A stretch of 64,000 nt of DNA from Azolla caroliniana (lineage: Eukaryota; Plantae; Polypodiophyta): positions 5,270,001 to 5,334,000 of the forward strand of contig JBHGNT010000010.1 of the NCBI GenBank assembly GCA_043228905.1. Direction: 5' to 3'. A program made the position numbers and the translations under genes. Below the pieces are notes generated by a model. The model had not been told where the DNA came from. It did no database searches and worked only from the letters and a program-made list of their open reading frames with translations. Positions 1 to 10,135 of the stretch are shown in pieces; positions within the stretch are counted from its first letter, which is position 1, and each line of letters begins with the position of its first letter.

Positions 1-149
1 TAACATTGCAATACCAACAAATCACACTAATATCGGAAGTTATGGAAATATGAATACAACTTTCATAACAAGCAATGAATATGACAGTATAGGGATGAAT
101 CTTATGACCTATCTCTAATTTATTTGGAACTGAATCGGTATGACTCCAC

Positions 150-2033
150 TTAGTAATGTACTAGGGATTCATATAATTCTGGTGATAACCTTGGGGATGC
201 TACCGAAACTACAGGATTGGTTTTATAGAGTATAATACCAAAGCTTTCATTCATATCCATTTCTTTGACTCCCGGTGGTAAACTCCATTCGTAGGAGTGA
301 ACCAATGAGCCTAACATTAGGTAGACATTAAGGAGGCCAAGATTCATGGCTGGACAAGCTCGTCTACCGGCACCGAATGGCAACAATTGGAAATGATGAC
401 CTTTAAGATCGACAGTTGAATCCAGGAATCGTTGCGGTCGAAACTCCTGTGGCTTCTCCCAGGAGTTCTCATCCATTGAGAGAGACCAAGTATTGACAAG
501 CATTGTGGTTCTCTCGGGGACATAGAATCCGGCAACTTCACATGGCTGTATGGATTCATGGGGGATCAATAATGGTACCACTGGATGCAACCTCATTATC
601 TCCTTCACAGTAGCTTGTAGATATGGAAGATTCGGTATGTCTTCTTCACTCATCAGCCTATCCTTGCCAATGACGCGATCGAGCTCGTCTTGTAGTCTCC
701 TTGTTATGTCATCGTGTCGTATTAGTTCTGCTAATCCCCACTCCACAACTACGCTAGATGTATCCGTTCCACCCGCAAACATATCCTAACAATTCAATGA
801 TTATCGTCACAAATGTTATACTCAATAAACGAATAATCTTCGTGCACATTTGTAATAAAATAGAAGTCAGCAAAGAAAGGAAATGCATCCACATACCCAT
901 AAAATTGCTTTGATATTGTCATCTGTCAAACTGATTGTATTGGATATATGCCCCTTATCTTCATGTAGCAACAATAGAGTGTCGAGAAGATCCTTTTCAC
1001 CATAGCTACCAGCAGCTGTATTCGCATGAGAATCCCGCCGATTGTCGACTATTCTCTGAAATATGGTGTCCAGCTTCTCGAACGTGTCATTGGCACGTCG
1101 TTCGAGACCTTGTATGTCTAGAAATCTTAAAGCCGGCAATAAGTTGCCTATATTGGGAATGCCGATGAGGTCTAATGATTCTCGGAGGGCGTCCACGAGC
1201 TCCAATCCATTCATGTTTATGATCACGGAAAGGTCATTGAAGGTCTTCCCCAAGGCCATTCTTGAGATGCTGTTGCACGCCCGAACTTGTAACTTCGTGC
1301 GCATGTCTTGGGCCTTTTGGATGTCTTGCCACACCGAATGAACAAGACCCCTCATCTCCTCGCCTCGGATTGGTTTGAAGTGTTGCACCCTTGGAGTGTT
1401 GAAAAGTTTGGTCATATATACTTCTTTCACCTGGCAACCAAGCAACACATATTTGTTTGGAGACCACTAAAAATGAATAAAAAGATAGCTCATCAAAAGT
1501 TTTCAGGACCAAAATTGGAATTTGCAATTAACACTAATTTGAAGTGTTTGTGATGTTATGAGAAATCTAGGTAAGATGTAATTTTGAATTTGCATTACCT
1601 TCCGCCAAAGCGGCCCGTAGGGCGTGTGGGCGAGGCCCGAGCAGTTGTAGGTGAAGCGGACAGCGGCAGAAGACGAAAGGGAGCGGGAGGCGAAAACAAG
1701 GTCATGGGTATGCAAGATGAGGCGGGCTATGTCGGGCGACGAGACAACCAATGTAGGGACAGAGCCCATTTGATAGGACAAGATGGGGCCGTACCGCGTG
1801 GACATGTCATGGTACCATCGGTGCGGAAGTTGCGGAGACATAAGGAGCTGGTGGAGATGTCCTAGGAAAGGTAAGCTGCCAGGTGGGGATGGAGGAGATG
1901 GGATATGGAGGAGCTCATGTTTCCTCATCCTCCTCTTCATCTTCCTCTTCATGTTTTGTTGGACATACTGCCACAGAAGCACCCATCCCAAGATGCCCAA
2001 TAACACTAGTGCCCATATTGACCACTCCTCCAT
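150..2033 (-). CDS. Cytochrome P450, CYP71 clan (A-type), 3 exons: 2033-1599, 1430-897, 785-150; about 534 aa, apparently intact
   Basis: N-terminal TM anchor and PPGSLPFLGHL hinge, then WRK|VKE, I-helix AGGTDT, EIMR (ExxR), PQRF (PERF variant) and heme motif FGAGRRACPA. GT..AG introns at 1598-1431 and 896-786 are both phase 0; the second sits at the conserved A-type position just before the I-helix D-M-F-A-G. Confidence 0.95.
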
Positions 2034-2142
2034 ATCTCTTCTCTTTCTCTCTCCCTCTCTGCTTCCCTGTTGTCTACGGAAGCTTTCTACTACATATGTA
2101 TCTTATTGAGGAGCCATTTTCTAATCCATGTAATTTAGCCTG

Positions 2143-2490
2143 CCTAATTCCCATTATCATCACATGGTGATTTGTGACAAGTTTTCAAGGTGTAAATATA
2201 GATTCCAATTTGTCCTAATCGACGAGTGAATCTCAATCGTACGTCCACATTTGGCCCCGATTCTTTAAGGAAGTGAGTAACCTGGCCAACCGCCCAACCT
2301 AATTCCTATTATCATCACATGGCGAATATGGATCACACACTACCCAAATCCATGAGTTGTGACAAGTTTTCAAAGTGTAAAATTCAAATATAGATTTCAA
2401 GTTGTCTTAATCGACATGTGAATCTCAGTCATAACTTCACATTTGGCCCTGATTCTTTAACGAAATGAGGGACTTGGCCGGCTCCCAACA
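2143..2490. repeat. Imperfect tandem duplication (about 155-190 bp) in the P450 proximal upstream region
   Basis: Block cctaattcc.attatcatcacatgg...ttgtgacaagttttcaa...aatcgac..gtgaatctca...cacatttggccc.gattctttaa begins at both 2143 and 2298. Confidence 0.85.
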
Positions 2491-3863
2491 ATTTTTGTGT
2501 TTTACAAGCATATAGATACTTTTATACCGTCTCATGATGATCTATGAGATGGGATTGGGCCCCTAGGGCAACTGTTTCAATTTATGCAAGTTGGATGTCT
2601 GGCGATAACAAAATGAGACTTTTATAGGAAAAATGGTATTCAACGAGACACCTATGAGAGGAAAATGTAATGCTACAAATCACAATGATTTATATTTACT
2701 ATAAAATATTCTCTCACATTTCTCCTCATGCATGTAGATGAACATTCTTTTGTAGGTTACATAAGTTTGACGATTTCTCAAGACATTTCTAGCCATGTTT
2801 TACATTCGTTTGTGTCGCAAGTTGATGTGTTGCAAATCAATTTCCCATTGGGGAACATATTCTATATACAAGGATTTACGTATGCACAATGCTTGTAACT
2901 GAAACTTAAAAGATTCTGGAAATTGAAGATTCTCTAACTTCAAAAGATTTTGGAATTTGAAGATTTTCCTTTGATCAACCGGGTTGCATCTTATTATGCG
3001 TGCAGGCCTTACTTTGTTGATGCCAATCTTTCTCTTTCTCTTCATCTCGGGAGCCGGTTCTTTACTAGACTTATCCCATCTCTCTTCCTCTTTGTTGGGC
3101 ATATCTTCTTTTTCCATTTGTTGCTCCTCTATCTTTTCTTTCTGCATCAAGCATAGGAACTTGTATTATCATCATGGGCCAAGTTTGTGTTGGATTACCT
3201 CGGATCTCATCGTCTTTAGGAGCCAAATCTACCTCAGTCTTATTTTTATTCTCATCTTCAGATGTTGTGCCTTTGTCAAGCTTAGTCTAGGCATTCTCTG
3301 TTTTAGGTTCCTAGCCAATGATGTCCTTTACCTTCTTAAGTGGTCCTCGGTCTTGATACTCGATTTTCTACTTAGAATATCGAGTGATTTTAAGCCCTAG
3401 ATCCATAGAGAATTGTCGCAGCTTGTCGAGACCTAGTGTCTTTGTAAAAATATCAGCCACTTACTTTTTGATGATGTCTTCAACCAATATCAACTCACGG
3501 ATATAATGATTGTGCACTTACATTTGTAAGTCACTGTATGAAACACTAGATTCTTTGTGTGATGCATGCTTTTGAGATTGTTGTAGTGGATGAGTTTACT
3601 AATTTCCTGAAGTCTTTCTAAAGTCTTTTCAGTCGTATGACTTTGCATGTAGCTATGGTTGTGTTCCGATACTCTATCTTAGTGCTTGACAAAGACACTT
3701 TTGGTTATTTCTTGTTGCTCAAGGAGATTGATCCACATCTGTGTGTAAACATTGATATTATTGTAGATCTCATATTGAATGAATTGCATGGCCGATCAAT
3801 ACTGGTGAACCCCTCAAGTCAAAGCAGTATTCTATGGTTGTAAAAGATATTGCGATCGAGTGC

Positions 3864-4302
3864 TGTCATGGCAAGACCCGAACCCATGACTTTATGCTAC
3901 ATGGGTCGAGCTCTTACCATTAGATTATGAATTGTATTTTGTAGGATATTATTTTCATTTATACTTTATCATAGAAAATTGATGTATATTCCAGATCTCT
4001 CTGGAACATTCTAGAAGCTTCAGGATTATTCCTAAAAACACTATAAAAGGAGGCACAAGGCATTGTTTTGAACCAAATTGGTTCAACGCCAGTCTTAAGC
4101 CTCTTAGCCGCTTGTACTTATCTTTTCACATAATATATAGCTGCTGTCATCATCTCTCTCTCTCTCTCATTCTCGCTATCTCTCTCTCTCTCCTCTTCTC
4201 ACTTCCTCTCTCGGGAATCTTACGCAGTCCCGTCCTCTTAGTACTAATAGTACTGCTGTTCTTAGTACTAATTCCATCTTTGTTTTAGTACTATTCCTGA
4301 CA
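3864..4302 (+). repeat. 5' LTR of the chromovirus
   Basis: Direct repeat of 9109-9547; TATAAAA at 4042-4048. Confidence 0.97.
3989..4048 (+). promoter_or_regulatory. Heat-shock element plus TATA box in LTR U3 (second copy in the 3' LTR)
   Basis: GAAcaTTCtaGAAgcTTC at 4004-4021 is four perfect alternating nGAAn units, extended in register by TTCcaGATctCTC; TATAAAA lies 20 bp downstream. Confidence 0.75.
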
Positions 4303-4371
4303 GTTTGAACCAATTTCTTCCTCTAGCCTACTTGTCACTCTCCCTCATCCTCCTACCCTTTTCCCTATACT

Positions 4372-5529
4372 ATGGCTACTGTTAGCGCCCAAGAATACCA
4401 ATCCGTTTTCTCCGAGCTACAGTGCCTAAAAGAAAAGTTTGTTGCCCTGGAACAAGAAAACCAACGGTTGATAGGGGATCTACAACAAATCGCTCTAGAA
4501 AAACAACAAACGCAACAACAACATGGGGAGTTAGCGTTACGGGTACAACAACTCGAAGCAGCGTTGCAACAACAAGGATCCAGTCCCCAAGGATTTCATA
4601 AAGAGCCCAAGATTGGACTTCCTGTGAAATTTGATGGAACGCGTTCGCAATTCCGGGGATTCCTTAATCAGGTACGCTTAGTCATCCAGATGCATCCTTC
4701 CCGATATCCCACTGATGCATCTCGAGTCGGCCTAATAGGCACGCTACTTAGCGGCTCAGCCTTGGCATGGTTTGCTCCGCTTCTAGAAAAACAATCACCC
4801 TTACTTAATAACTTTGAAGATTTTATTGGTGAGTTTAAAGCCTGCTTTGGAGACACCGACAGCATCAGGACGGCGATCAACAAGATCCGGCGATTGCGTC
4901 AAGGCGATCGTCCAGCCTCTGCCTACGCGGGGGATTTCCGCCTACTTGCTTCAGATATACCCTGGGATGATCAAGCACTAATGGAGCAGTTTCGCTATGG
5001 CTTGCGAAACGATGTCAAAGATCTACTTCTAACTTTCCCCGAAGAACCAAAGTCTCTTACGGAGGCAATCAGTCGAGCAGTTCGATGTGACAACCGCCTT
5101 TTTGAACGGCGTTCAGAACGTCAATTACAGATACCACGCTCTAGGCCAGAGCCCACTTACGCCGCAGTCGCGGCTAAACCGTTTGCACGAGACATACCTC
5201 AAGCAAATACTTCGACACCGATGGAGATCGATACCATGCGTCGACGCGGCCCGTTATCGGAAGAAGAAAAGCAACGACGACGTGTCAATCGATTATGTCT
5301 TTATTGCGGTGGACCAGGACATATCGCCATCAATTGTCCCCATAGGCCAAGAAGACAGGTAAATCAAATCGTCGCCTGTACTAAACCCGAGTCAATTCTT
5401 CCCTTCGGAGTGTCTGATAGTATTAATAGTACTAATAGAGTGTCGGATAGTATTCATAGTACTAATAGCCCAAGTATCTCAAATAAATTTGAAATCCTTA
5501 GTCAATTAGATGAAGAGTTAAACGATTGA
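4372..5529 (+). CDS. gag: Gag (coiled-coil N-terminus, Ty3-type capsid, CCHC zinc knuckle)
   Basis: PVKFDGTRSQFRGFLNQ, LRQGDRPASAYA..FR, PMEID, CLYCGGPGHIAINC. Confidence 0.93.
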   Translation: MATVSAQEYQSVFSELQCLKEKFVALEQENQRLIGDLQQIALEKQQTQQQHGELALRVQQLEAALQQQGSSPQGFHKEPKIGLPVKFDGTRSQFRGFLNQVRLVIQMHPSRYPTDASRVGLIGTLLSGSALAWFAPLLEKQSPLLNNFEDFIGEFKACFGDTDSIRTAINKIRRLRQGDRPASAYAGDFRLLASDIPWDDQALMEQFRYGLRNDVKDLLLTFPEEPKSLTEAISRAVRCDNRLFERRSERQLQIPRSRPEPTYAAVAAKPFARDIPQANTSTPMEIDTMRRRGPLSEEEKQRRRVNRLCLYCGGPGHIAINCPHRPRRQVNQIVACTKPESILPFGVSDSINSTNRVSDSIHSTNSPSISNKFEILSQLDEELND

Positions 5530-6161
5530 GTCCAGCCAAAATAGGAGCCATTTGGTTGGACAACAGCCCTAGATCTGTACATCCCATTAGTGGTTCCATT
5601 CCTTCCAAGCAAGTTAGCAATGTGTTCCTAGCCCAAGTCATTGTTAGTACTAAAAGTACTCCCCCAGTACCCGTCCTAGCACTTTTAGATTCCGGAGCTA
5701 ATTCCTGTTTCATGGATCGAAATTTTGCCCAAGCTTCTCAGATATCCTTAAGAAAACTTCCTTGTCCCGCATCTGTAGTGGTCATTGATGGTCGTCCCAT
5801 TGCTTCCGGGAATATTGTAGAAGAATCAGAACCCATTCAAGTTGTCCTAGGTAGTTTTGTGTGTATAATATCATTTAATATAATTAGTAGTCCAGAGCAT
5901 CCTATTGTCCTAGGATTACCTTGGCTTGAATTACATAATCCAGCCATAGATTGGAGAACAAGAGAAGTCCGATATCGACCACCCCAAGAACAACTCACCA
6001 AGTTTCGACCATTTCACTCCATCAACTACGCGAAGAAGGACCAAAGGAGGCAATGTTCCTATTTGCCATATCAATACATCCTTCTAGCACTATTAAGAAG
6101 GACTCCTCAATACAACTTCCGGCAAAATATCATCCTTATGCCGATGTATTTGACAAGGTAA
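5526..6161 (+). CDS. Aspartic protease, in the -1 frame relative to gag
   Basis: ALLDSGANSCFMD and IVLGLPWLELHNPAIDW. Confidence 0.9.
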   Translation: MSPAKIGAIWLDNSPRSVHPISGSIPSKQVSNVFLAQVIVSTKSTPPVPVLALLDSGANSCFMDRNFAQASQISLRKLPCPASVVVIDGRPIASGNIVEESEPIQVVLGSFVCIISFNIISSPEHPIVLGLPWLELHNPAIDWRTREVRYRPPQEQLTKFRPFHSINYAKKDQRRQCSYLPYQYILLALLRRTPQYNFRQNIILMPMYLTR

Positions 6162-9097
6162 AAGCCGGTACCCTTCCTCATCACCGTCCCTATGACTGTC
6201 CCATCGATTTACAACCAGGAACCGAGCCACCATGGGGACCAATTTACAACTTGTCACCCACCGAGTTAGAAGTCCTTCGAGCCTACATAGAGGAGAACTT
6301 GGCAAGCGGGTTCATCCGTCATTCGAAATCTCCGGCCGGTGCACCCATCTTCTTTGTCAAGAAGAAAGATGGCTCACTTCGTCTTGTCGTTGATTACCGC
6401 GGATTGAATAAAGTCACCATCCGGAATAGGTATGCACTTCCTCTTATATCAAGTCTTTTAGAGCGAGTTAATGGTGCCAAGTTTTTTGCTAAAATCGACC
6501 TACGAGGAGCGTATAATCTCGTGCGGATCCGACCGGGAGATGAGTGGAAGACCGCTTTTCGCACGCGGTATGGGCATTTCGAGTATACTGTTATGCCGTT
6601 TGGCCTAACCAATGCACCCGCAGTCTTCCAACACATGGCAAATGATATATTCAGAGACCTCTTGGATATCTGTTTGATCATTTATCTGGATGATCTATTG
6701 ATTTATTCAAAGACCCAGGAAGAGCACGATTCTCATGTACTATTAGTACTAAAGCGACTCCGCGAGAATGGTCTTTATGCCAAGCTAGAGAAATGTAGCT
6801 TTGACTGCAAGCAAGTGGAATTTCTAGGCTACGTCATCTCCTCAAAGGGCATCGCCATGGATCCAGCTAAAATCCAAACTGTACTAGAGTGGCAAATTCC
6901 ACGGTCGGTACGAGATGTACAATGTTTTCTAGGCTTTGCTAACTTCTACCGTAAGTTTATACAGGATTACTCGAAGATTATTTTACCTCTCACACAACTT
7001 ACGAAGAAGGGCCAAGCATTTCTTTGGTCCACCGAAGCAGATATGGCTTTTCGGCATCTTAAGAAAGCCTTTACATCAGCACCGATTCTAGCTCATGTGG
7101 ATACAAGCAAACCATTCATCATGGAGGCCGACGCATCAGATTTCGCCCTCGGTAGCATCCTTTCTCAACAAGGCGATAAAGAAGAGTTGCATCCGGTGGC
7201 TTTCCATTCGCGCAAATTCAATGTCGCAGAAATCAACTACGAAATACATGACAAGGAGTTATTAGCCATCGTGGATTCATTTGTACAATGGCGGCATTTC
7301 TTAGAGGGCTCTCCACATCAGGTCATTGTCTTTAGCGATCATAAAAATCTTGCTTATTTTCAGAACGCTCGCGTACTAAATCGACGGCAAGCTCGGTGGG
7401 CGCAATTCCTCATGCGTTTCAACTTCGAAATCACATATCGACCGGGGAAGCAGCAAGGAAAAGCAGATGCACTATCACGGCGTTCATATCTTGCACCTCG
7501 TCCTGGTGACGCAACATTTGATAATCAAAAGCAAGTAATCTTGGGACCAACACGATTGCACACGACGCGGATTTTTCACACCCCGATGGATTCACGGATT
7601 ACCGATGACATACGTGCAACCTTGAAGACGGATAGTTTTGCTCAAGACATCCTGGTGCACATTGATACTTCTCGGGCATCCTGTTCTCAGTCTCAACAAC
7701 CAGGTATTGACTACCGACAATTCGAATATCATGATGGTTTGTTATTCTTTAAAAAGCGCGTATATGTCCCCGATTGCTCCTGTCGCCTTCAAATCGTCCA
7801 ACATTGTCACGACACCCATACGGCGGGACATTTCGGTAGTACCAAGACGTTGGAGTTAGTGCAACGATCTTTTTGGTGGCCCCACATGCGCCGTTTTGTC
7901 GACGACTATGTTCGGACCTGTGATGCTTGCTGCCGAGCAAAGATGCCACGACACCATCCATATGGCTTGTTGGAACCTTTACCAATTCCAAGTAAGCCAT
8001 GGCAGTCTATTTGTCTTGATTTTATTACAGATCTACCGGTCTCGAAGGGGTTCGATGCTATCCTAACTGTCGTCGATCGATATACGAAGATGGCACATTT
8101 TGTGCCATGTACTAAAGCCATCACTAGCGAGGAAACCGCCGCTCTTGTTATGCGTGAGGTATTTCGGCATCATGGCCTACCAGACAGTATTATCAGTGAC
8201 CGAGGCCCGCAATTTGTCTCCAAATTTTGGCAGCATCTCTTCAGGATGCTCAAGGTCTCCTGCAACCTCTCCTCCGGCTACCATCCTCAAACTGACGGAC
8301 AGGCGGAACGAACAAACCAAACGTTGGAGCAATATCTCCGGTGTTTCCTGAGTTATCAACAGGACGATTGGGCCGAGATTCTCCACTTTGCGGAGTTTGC
8401 GTATAATAATGCTATTCACTCCTCGACTCGGGTCTCCCCATTTCTCGCTTATACCGGTTTCCATCCTCGCTGGTCGGTGATCGACACTCCGGAGCTACCT
8501 ACCAACCCTCGTGCCGAGGACCATTTGGAGAGGCTACGCAAGATCCAGATGGATCTCTCTACTCACCTTCGTCATGCTCAACACACACAGAAGACTTATG
8601 CGGATCGTCATCGGATTCCCTCCTCTTTTGCCATCGGAGATCGAGTATGGCTCTTACGTCGTCACATCAAGACTACTCGACCGTGCGACAAGTTGGATTA
8701 TCGACGACTCGGTCCTTTCCGTATTACGGGGAAGATTAATGATGTCACCTCCCGCCTGGATCTCCCTCCGCAGCTTCAGATACATCCGGTTTTCCATTGT
8801 TCTCTTCTTGAACCTTATAAAGCAAACACCATTCCCGATTGTGTGACACCACCGCCGCCCCCGCTAGAGTTGGACGCCGGCCCGGAGTATGAAGTTGCTG
8901 CCATCCTCGATTCCAAACTTATTCGCAACAAACTTTATTACTTGGTCGATTGGCTCGGTTATAGTTCGAGCGAACGTACTTGGGAACCCGTCGAGAATGT
9001 TGCCAATGCACAAGATCTTCTTGCTGATTTCCACCGAAAGTATCCGGACAAACCCGGTCCGCAATTAGCGCCGACTCGTTCCACTCGTCGTCTTTAA
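5951..9097 (+). CDS. pol: Pol: RT, RNase H, integrase, chromodomain
   Basis: RT YLDD; RNase H ADASD; integrase HHCC and D,D35E (LDFITDLP / SDRGPQF / QAERTN); C-terminal chromodomain YEVAAILDS..YLVDWLGY..TWEP. Confidence 0.95.
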   Translation: MENKRSPISTTPRTTHQVSTISLHQLREEGPKEAMFLFAISIHPSSTIKKDSSIQLPAKYHPYADVFDKVKAGTLPHHRPYDCPIDLQPGTEPPWGPIYNLSPTELEVLRAYIEENLASGFIRHSKSPAGAPIFFVKKKDGSLRLVVDYRGLNKVTIRNRYALPLISSLLERVNGAKFFAKIDLRGAYNLVRIRPGDEWKTAFRTRYGHFEYTVMPFGLTNAPAVFQHMANDIFRDLLDICLIIYLDDLLIYSKTQEEHDSHVLLVLKRLRENGLYAKLEKCSFDCKQVEFLGYVISSKGIAMDPAKIQTVLEWQIPRSVRDVQCFLGFANFYRKFIQDYSKIILPLTQLTKKGQAFLWSTEADMAFRHLKKAFTSAPILAHVDTSKPFIMEADASDFALGSILSQQGDKEELHPVAFHSRKFNVAEINYEIHDKELLAIVDSFVQWRHFLEGSPHQVIVFSDHKNLAYFQNARVLNRRQARWAQFLMRFNFEITYRPGKQQGKADALSRRSYLAPRPGDATFDNQKQVILGPTRLHTTRIFHTPMDSRITDDIRATLKTDSFAQDILVHIDTSRASCSQSQQPGIDYRQFEYHDGLLFFKKRVYVPDCSCRLQIVQHCHDTHTAGHFGSTKTLELVQRSFWWPHMRRFVDDYVRTCDACCRAKMPRHHPYGLLEPLPIPSKPWQSICLDFITDLPVSKGFDAILTVVDRYTKMAHFVPCTKAITSEETAALVMREVFRHHGLPDSIISDRGPQFVSKFWQHLFRMLKVSCNLSSGYHPQTDGQAERTNQTLEQYLRCFLSYQQDDWAEILHFAEFAYNNAIHSSTRVSPFLAYTGFHPRWSVIDTPELPTNPRAEDHLERLRKIQMDLSTHLRHAQHTQKTYADRHRIPSSFAIGDRVWLLRRHIKTTRPCDKLDYRRLGPFRITGKINDVTSRLDLPPQLQIHPVFHCSLLEPYKANTIPDCVTPPPPPLELDAGPEYEVAAILDSKLIRNKLYYLVDWLGYSSSERTWEPVENVANAQDLLADFHRKYPDKPGPQLAPTRSTRRL

Positions 9098-9108
9098 GGG
9101 GGAGATAG

Positions 9109-9547
9109 TGTCATGGCAAGACTCGAACCCATGACTTTATGCTACATGGGTCGAGCTCTTACCATTAGATTATGAATTGTATTTTGTAGGATATTATTTT
9201 CATTTATACTTTATCATAGAAAATTGATGTATATTCCAGATCTCTCTGGAACATTCTAGAAGCTTCAGGATTATTCCTAAAAACACTATAAAAGGAGGCA
9301 CAAGGCATTGTTTTGAACCAAATTGGTTCAACGCCAGTCTTAAGCCTCTTAGCCGCTTGTACTTATCTTTTCACATAATATATAGCTGCTGTCATCATCT
9401 CTCTCTCTCTCTCATTCTCGCTATCTCTCTCTCTCTCCTCTTCTCACTTCCTCTCTCGGGAATCTTACGCAGTCCCGTCCTCTTAGTACTAATAGTACTG
9501 CTGTTCTTAGTACTAATTCCATCTCTGTTTTAGTACTATTCCTGACA
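9109..9547 (+). repeat. 3' LTR of the chromovirus
   Basis: Direct repeat of 3864-4302, preceded by the PPT and followed by TSD AGTGC. Confidence 0.97.
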
Positions 9548-10135
9548 AGTGCCACCGTCCACAAGTGGTTTTGCATGAATTAACGAAGGATCTGATCAGG
9601 TAATTGACCTGTTTAGATAGACGAAACTCCCAATTATATGTCAAGCTTGTGTATGCTCCCATAACTTGCCGGAGTATGTATGCACTTAGTTTCATGTTTT
9701 AATTGAGGGGTGTCGAAATGGAATTACGCTCATTTTGTTCTGAACTTGTAGTGCAAGTTCAACAGGTAGTGTCATTGTGAGAACAGAAACTCATCTAGGT
9801 TTTGAATGACCTCGATGCCTAGGAAAAAATGTAATTTTTTGAGGTCCAATACCTTGAACTTTTTTGAAAGCATCTCTTTTATTTTTGTGTCCCGATCAAG
9901 CTTTCTCCAATGATCACAAGGTCATCGACACTCAAGATAAATAAGAGTGGATTTCAAATATTGTTCTTAATATATATAGTGAAAGTCAATGTTGTGAAGA
10001 TACAATGTGATCTTCCAAAGATGGTTTTGAATATATATAGTGAAGGTCAATGTTGTCAGAGTCTATAGAGTGGTTTTTTCAATTGATAGACTACGTTTAG
10101 ATGTTGGCTTGATTCGGCACCAAGTGGTTGTAGCA

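Larger units (their letters stand above)
3864..9547 (+). mobile_element. Full-length, very recent Ty3/gypsy chromovirus (Tcn1-like)
   Basis: 439-bp LTRs at 3864-4302 and 9109-9547 (TGTCA...TGACA; I see only about 2 mismatches), 5-bp TSD AGTGC (3859-3863 / 9548-9552), PPT aagggggagatag at 9096-9108, gag-PR-RT-RH-INT-chromodomain order. Confidence 0.97.

Noticed and set aside
867-2033. Separate P450 genes suggested by the ORF track
   Set aside because: They are exons of one gene joined by canonical phase-0 introns.
3864-3930. A functional tRNA gene
   Set aside because: Only A/B-box-like motifs; no convincing acceptor or anticodon stems.
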